Source: Candidatus Oxydemutatoraceae bacterium | GTDB lineage: Bacteria; Pseudomonadota; Gammaproteobacteria; Poriferisulfidales; Oxydemutatoraceae | Length of the DNA stretch: 64,000 bases | Assembly: GCA_965219575.1 (NCBI GenBank) | Contig: OZ244779.1 | Location: 908,769-972,768, forward strand | Direction of reading: 5' to 3' | Part shown: positions 59,862-64,000 of the stretch, in pieces | Position numbering within the stretch: the first letter of the stretch is position 1 | How the letters are laid out: every line of letters starts with the position of its first letter | Position numbers and translations under genes: made by a program | The notes under the pieces: generated by a model | The model's database searches: none | What the model was told of the DNA's origin: nothing | The model's input: the letters and a program-made list of their open reading frames with translations, nothing else

Positions 59862-60998
59862 CTACGGCTTGGGAGTTAATAGTTTTTTCAGAATAGCTAG
59901 ATAAATATCCGATAGTCTTTGCAGATCGTCGACGGGGATACGCTCATCGACCGCGTGTATGGTTTTATTGATATGTCCGAGTTCTATCACTTGGGTGCCG
60001 TTGCCGGCAATGAAGCGCGCATCCGAAGTCCCGCCTGCCGTTGAAAGTTCGGGTATTAGTCCGACAATCTCTTGTGTCGCTTCGCAGGTGACGGTCGTCA
60101 ATTCGCCTGCCGGGGTTAAAAAAGGTTGCCCCGAGAGATACCAGTCTATTTCGTAATTCAAATTTTCTTCTTCGAGCATTTGCAAAATAGTTTTTTGTAG
60201 CTGCGCGTCGTTACATTCGGTGGAAAACCGTAAGTTGAATTCTATCTCTAGCCGAGCAGGTATCACATTGTCGGCTCCGCTACCGGCGTGTATATTTGAA
60301 ATCTGAAAAGTCGTAGGCGGGAAGTATTTATTGCCCTGATCCCATTGATGTTCGCATAGTCGGGAAAGCAAAGGGGATGCTAAATGAATGGGGTTTTTTG
60401 CGTGTTGAGGATAAGCAACATGACCCTGCTTGCCTATCACGCTCAGCTTGGCGGATAATGAGCCTCTTCTGCCGTTCTTAATCGTATCGCCTAGTTGCGT
60501 AGAAGCCGAAGGTTCGCCGGCTACACACCAATGAATGTTGACACCGCGTTTGCGCAAGGTTTCTATCGCATAAGCGGTACCGCTGCGCGTATAACCTTCC
60601 TCGTTGCTGGTGAGTAATATTGCGATAGAGCCTTGATGCTCGGGCTGCTGTTCCGCAAAAGCCTCGCACGCAGTAACCATTGCGGCGATGCCGCCTTTCA
60701 TGTCTGCAGCGCCACGTCCGTATAGCAGATTATCCTCTACATGCGCGGAGAAGGGGGGGTGACTCCATGCGTTCTCGTCGCCGACCGGAACGACATCGGT
60801 ATGACCGGCAAAAACAAATAGCGGTTCCTCGGTGCCGCGTCTGAGCCACGCATTACACACATCGTCTTTGTCGAGTGTTTCGCAAACAAAACCTTTACTT
60901 GCCAATCGTTCGGCAATCAAAGATTGGCAACCGTCGTCATTCGGTGTGATAGAACGACGTTTGATTAAGTCTACGGCAAGGTTGAGCGTTCGGTCCAT
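59862..60998 (-). CDS. dapE: Succinyl-diaminopimelate desuccinylase
   Basis: FAGHTDVVP, GRGAADMKG, NGRRGSL, QGHVAYP, GGTSDARF. Confidence 0.97.
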   Translation of the reverse strand: MDRTLNLAVDLIKRRSITPNDDGCQSLIAERLASKGFVCETLDKDDVCNAWLRRGTEEPLFVFAGHTDVVPVGDENAWSHPPFSAHVEDNLLYGRGAADMKGGIAAMVTACEAFAEQQPEHQGSIAILLTSNEEGYTRSGTAYAIETLRKRGVNIHWCVAGEPSASTQLGDTIKNGRRGSLSAKLSVIGKQGHVAYPQHAKNPIHLASPLLSRLCEHQWDQGNKYFPPTTFQISNIHAGSGADNVIPARLEIEFNLRFSTECNDAQLQKTILQMLEEENLNYEIDWYLSGQPFLTPAGELTTVTCEATQEIVGLIPELSTAGGTSDARFIAGNGTQVIELGHINKTIHAVDERIPVDDLQRLSDIYLAILKKLLTPKP

Positions 60999-61007
60999 CG
61001 ATCAGAC

Positions 61008-61832
61008 TCAATCTATGTCTCTTAGTAGTTCGTTTAATCCGACTTTGCTACGGGTCTTTTCGTCAACCTGTTTAACGATGACCGCGCAATACAGGCTATG
61101 GCTATTATCCGCTGCCGGCAGATTGCCGGAGACTACCACCGACCCTGCCGGAATACGCCCATAGCTGATTTCTTTGCTGCGGCGGTCGTAGATACGGGTG
61201 CTTTGACCGATATAAACGCCCATTGAAATAACCGAATTTTCCTCTACGATAACGCCTTCTACGATTTCGGAGCGCGCCCCGATAAAGCAGTTGTCTTCTA
61301 TGATTGTCGGCATTGCCTGAGCGGGTTCCAACACACCGCCGATGCCGACCCCACCCGACAGATGCACATGCTTGCCGATCTGCGCACAAGAGCCTACGGT
61401 TGCCCAAGTGTCAACCATCGTGCCTTGATCTACATAAGCACCGATGTTTATATAACACGGCATCATAATAACCCCGGGTGCTTGATACGAACCATAGCGC
61501 GCAGTTGCTGCCGGTACGATACGCACTCCGGATTTTTTAAGTGCCTCTTCATTGCAGTTGCGATATTTCACACCGACTTTGTCATAGAAGCGGGTGTAGC
61601 CGGCATCGATGAGCCGATTGTCGTTCAGCCTAAACGACAACAGCACCGCTTTTTTCAGCCATTGTTCCACATGCCATTGACCGTCGAGTTTGTGGGCAAC
61701 ACGCAGACTGCCGTTGTTCAGACCTGCCAAGCATTTTGCCACGGCATCTTTGAGTTCACTACTCGCATTTTCGGGTTTTAGCGTGTCGCGCTGCGCAAAC
61801 GACTGCTCTATGATGTTTTTGATTTCTTCCAT
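61008..61832 (-). CDS. dapD: Tetrahydrodipicolinate N-succinyltransferase
   Basis: [44 protein letters not shown]. Confidence 0.98.
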   Translation of the reverse strand: MEEIKNIIEQSFAQRDTLKPENASSELKDAVAKCLAGLNNGSLRVAHKLDGQWHVEQWLKKAVLLSFRLNDNRLIDAGYTRFYDKVGVKYRNCNEEALKKSGVRIVPAATARYGSYQAPGVIMMPCYINIGAYVDQGTMVDTWATVGSCAQIGKHVHLSGGVGIGGVLEPAQAMPTIIEDNCFIGARSEIVEGVIVEENSVISMGVYIGQSTRIYDRRSKEISYGRIPAGSVVVSGNLPAADNSHSLYCAVIVKQVDEKTRSKVGLNELLRDID

Positions 61833-61879
61833 AGTCGTAATCCTTGAATAGTAATTTTAATTTAGGGTTACATAGTCTA

Positions 61880-62647
61880 TCAGGGTGTCTCGTCGGAGCG
61901 TAGGGTTAAAATTTCATGCCCGTTTTCGGTGACCAGAATCGTATGCTCCCATTGCGCAGACAAGCTATGATCTTTGGTGACGACAGTCCATTGGTCCGTT
62001 AATAGACGGGTTTCTTTTTTGCCGGCATTGATCATCGGTTCTATCGTAAAAGTCATGCCGGGTTTAAGCTCTATGCCGGTACCGGGTTTGCCGTAGTGCA
62101 ACACCTGCGGCTCTTCGTGAAACTCGGTGCCGATGCCGTGCCCGCAGTAATCCTCTACAACGCTATAGCGGTGTTGTTCTACGAATTTTTGTATGCTATG
62201 TCCCAGATCGCCCAGACGTTTTCCGGGTTTGACTTCGGCAATCCCGATACGCAAAGCCTCGTAACATTTTTCGCTCAAACGGCGTGCCAACACGCTCGGT
62301 TTGCCGACCATAAACATTCGGCTCGTGTCGCCGTGATAGCCGTCCTTGATTACGGTTACGTCAATATTCAAAATATCGCCGTTTTTCAATTTGCGTTCAT
62401 CCGGGATACCGTGGCAAACTTGATGATTTATGGAAGTGCAGATAGATTTAGGAAAACCTTTATAGTTCAGAGGTGCCGGAATACACCCTAGATCTTCGGT
62501 GATATAGCGATGACATATCCGATTGAGTTCGTCGGTAGTGACTCCCGGTTCAACCGACGGAGTAATCATTTCCAACACCTGCGACGCAGCCTGTCCGGCA
62601 GACCGCATTTTTTCAATTTCGTCGTCTGTTTTGATTGTAATTGGCAT
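61880..62647 (-). CDS. map: Methionine aminopeptidase type I
   Basis: VCHGIP, NIDVTVIKDGYHGDTS, CGHGIG, FTIEPMIN, SAQWEHT. Confidence 0.98.
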   Translation of the reverse strand: MPITIKTDDEIEKMRSAGQAASQVLEMITPSVEPGVTTDELNRICHRYITEDLGCIPAPLNYKGFPKSICTSINHQVCHGIPDERKLKNGDILNIDVTVIKDGYHGDTSRMFMVGKPSVLARRLSEKCYEALRIGIAEVKPGKRLGDLGHSIQKFVEQHRYSVVEDYCGHGIGTEFHEEPQVLHYGKPGTGIELKPGMTFTIEPMINAGKKETRLLTDQWTVVTKDHSLSAQWEHTILVTENGHEILTLRSDETP

Positions 62648-62760
62648 AACCGTTAAACATGAGAATTTTTGTAAATTATAACACCCATAGTGATTCCCTC
62701 TATGGATAGTTTTCTAACCGGTGTGACATTGTTTGTCATAATAGAGCAAGCGTAAACCGG

Positions 62761-62800
62761 TTGCATATAATTTATGTTTGTATATAATAAGCCTCCTCGC
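62761..62800 (+). promoter_or_regulatory. rrn-type promoter (TTGCAT-N16-TATAAT with GC-rich discriminator)
   Basis: TTGCAT 62761-66, 16-bp spacer, TATAAT 62783-88, then aagcctcctcgc; ~150 bp upstream of tRNA-Ile. Confidence 0.7.
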
Positions 62801-62935
62801 ATAGATGATGGCTTCGGGTTTCGCCTCATATGCCGATAATGAGGGTTTAGACTTCGGTTGTTGCCGGCTACGGACTGAATGTAGCACGATGGTTATCCGT
62901 TAACAACTAACACGAATTGTGTCGATTTGTTCAAC

Positions 62936-63012
<77 letters not shown>

Positions 63013-63083
63013 AATTAGGAATGCGCGTTTGAGTGCGTTGGTTTGAAGCATTAAGTCGCTCGGGTTTGAAAGTGATGCGATGC

Positions 63084-63159
63084 GGGGCCGTAGCTCAGCT
63101 GGGAGAGCACCTGCTTTGCACGCAGGAGGTCAGGAGTTCGAGCCTCCTCGGCTCCACCA
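63084..63159 (+). tRNA. tRNA-Ala(TGC)
   Basis: ggggccgtagctcagctgggagagcacctgcttTGCacgcaggaggtcaggagttcgagcctcctcggctccacca. Confidence 0.98.
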
Positions 63160-63230
63160 TTAAGCGAGTGCGAATAAAACTGTTTTTGCAATGATGCGGC
63201 AACAATTTTATTCACATTCTCGAGTGTGAA

Positions 63231-63244
63231 GGTTTTTTAACAAT
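63231..63244 (+). promoter_or_regulatory. Degenerate spacer boxA antitermination motif
   Basis: ggttttttaacaat resembles TGCTCTTTAACAA and sits at the usual position between tRNA-Ala and 23S. Confidence 0.45.
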
Positions 63245-63396
63245 AGAATATTATAGTCAAGGATATACTAATGATGTATATTCATGTATATTGCTAATTA
63301 ATTATTAGTTTCAATTGTTAGTTCTTAAGATGATAATGGCAAACATTTCGATCTATAGCTTGTCGCTATACGACACGAGATTGTTTGAGGTTATAA

Positions 63397-64000
<604 letters not shown>

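Overview
Gammaproteobacterial chromosome segment; lineage and lifestyle are inferred only from gene content. About 44.5 kb (1-44486) is a tandem array of three paralogous minus-strand genes for giant exported proteins. All three share a signal peptide and GLUG-type/cadherin-like modules; the two whose 3' ends are visible share the C-terminal tag V[IV]RIRAKVFLEGPLQ. Gene 1 (start 26323, >8,770 codons, running off the left edge, missed by the ORF track) holds ~27 mosaic 600/603-bp Ig-like repeats and a 3 x 2130-bp repeat. Gene 2 is ~3,059 aa. Gene 3 has one in-frame TAG at a Trp codon. Modular REP/MITE-like repeats fill the intergenic spaces. Next come a HAD hydrolase, an HNH nuclease plus N4-C-type methyltransferase, htpX, a DASS transporter, epmB, a CLCA-like metalloprotease and partner gene between epmB and efp (behind a G11 tract), efp, epmA, cysM, a PolB-like 3'-5' exonuclease, dapE, dapD and map. 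The window ends with a promoter-tRNA-Ile-tRNA-Ala-23S unit with no 16S gene upstream. Family calls come from motif recognition by eye, not database searches.
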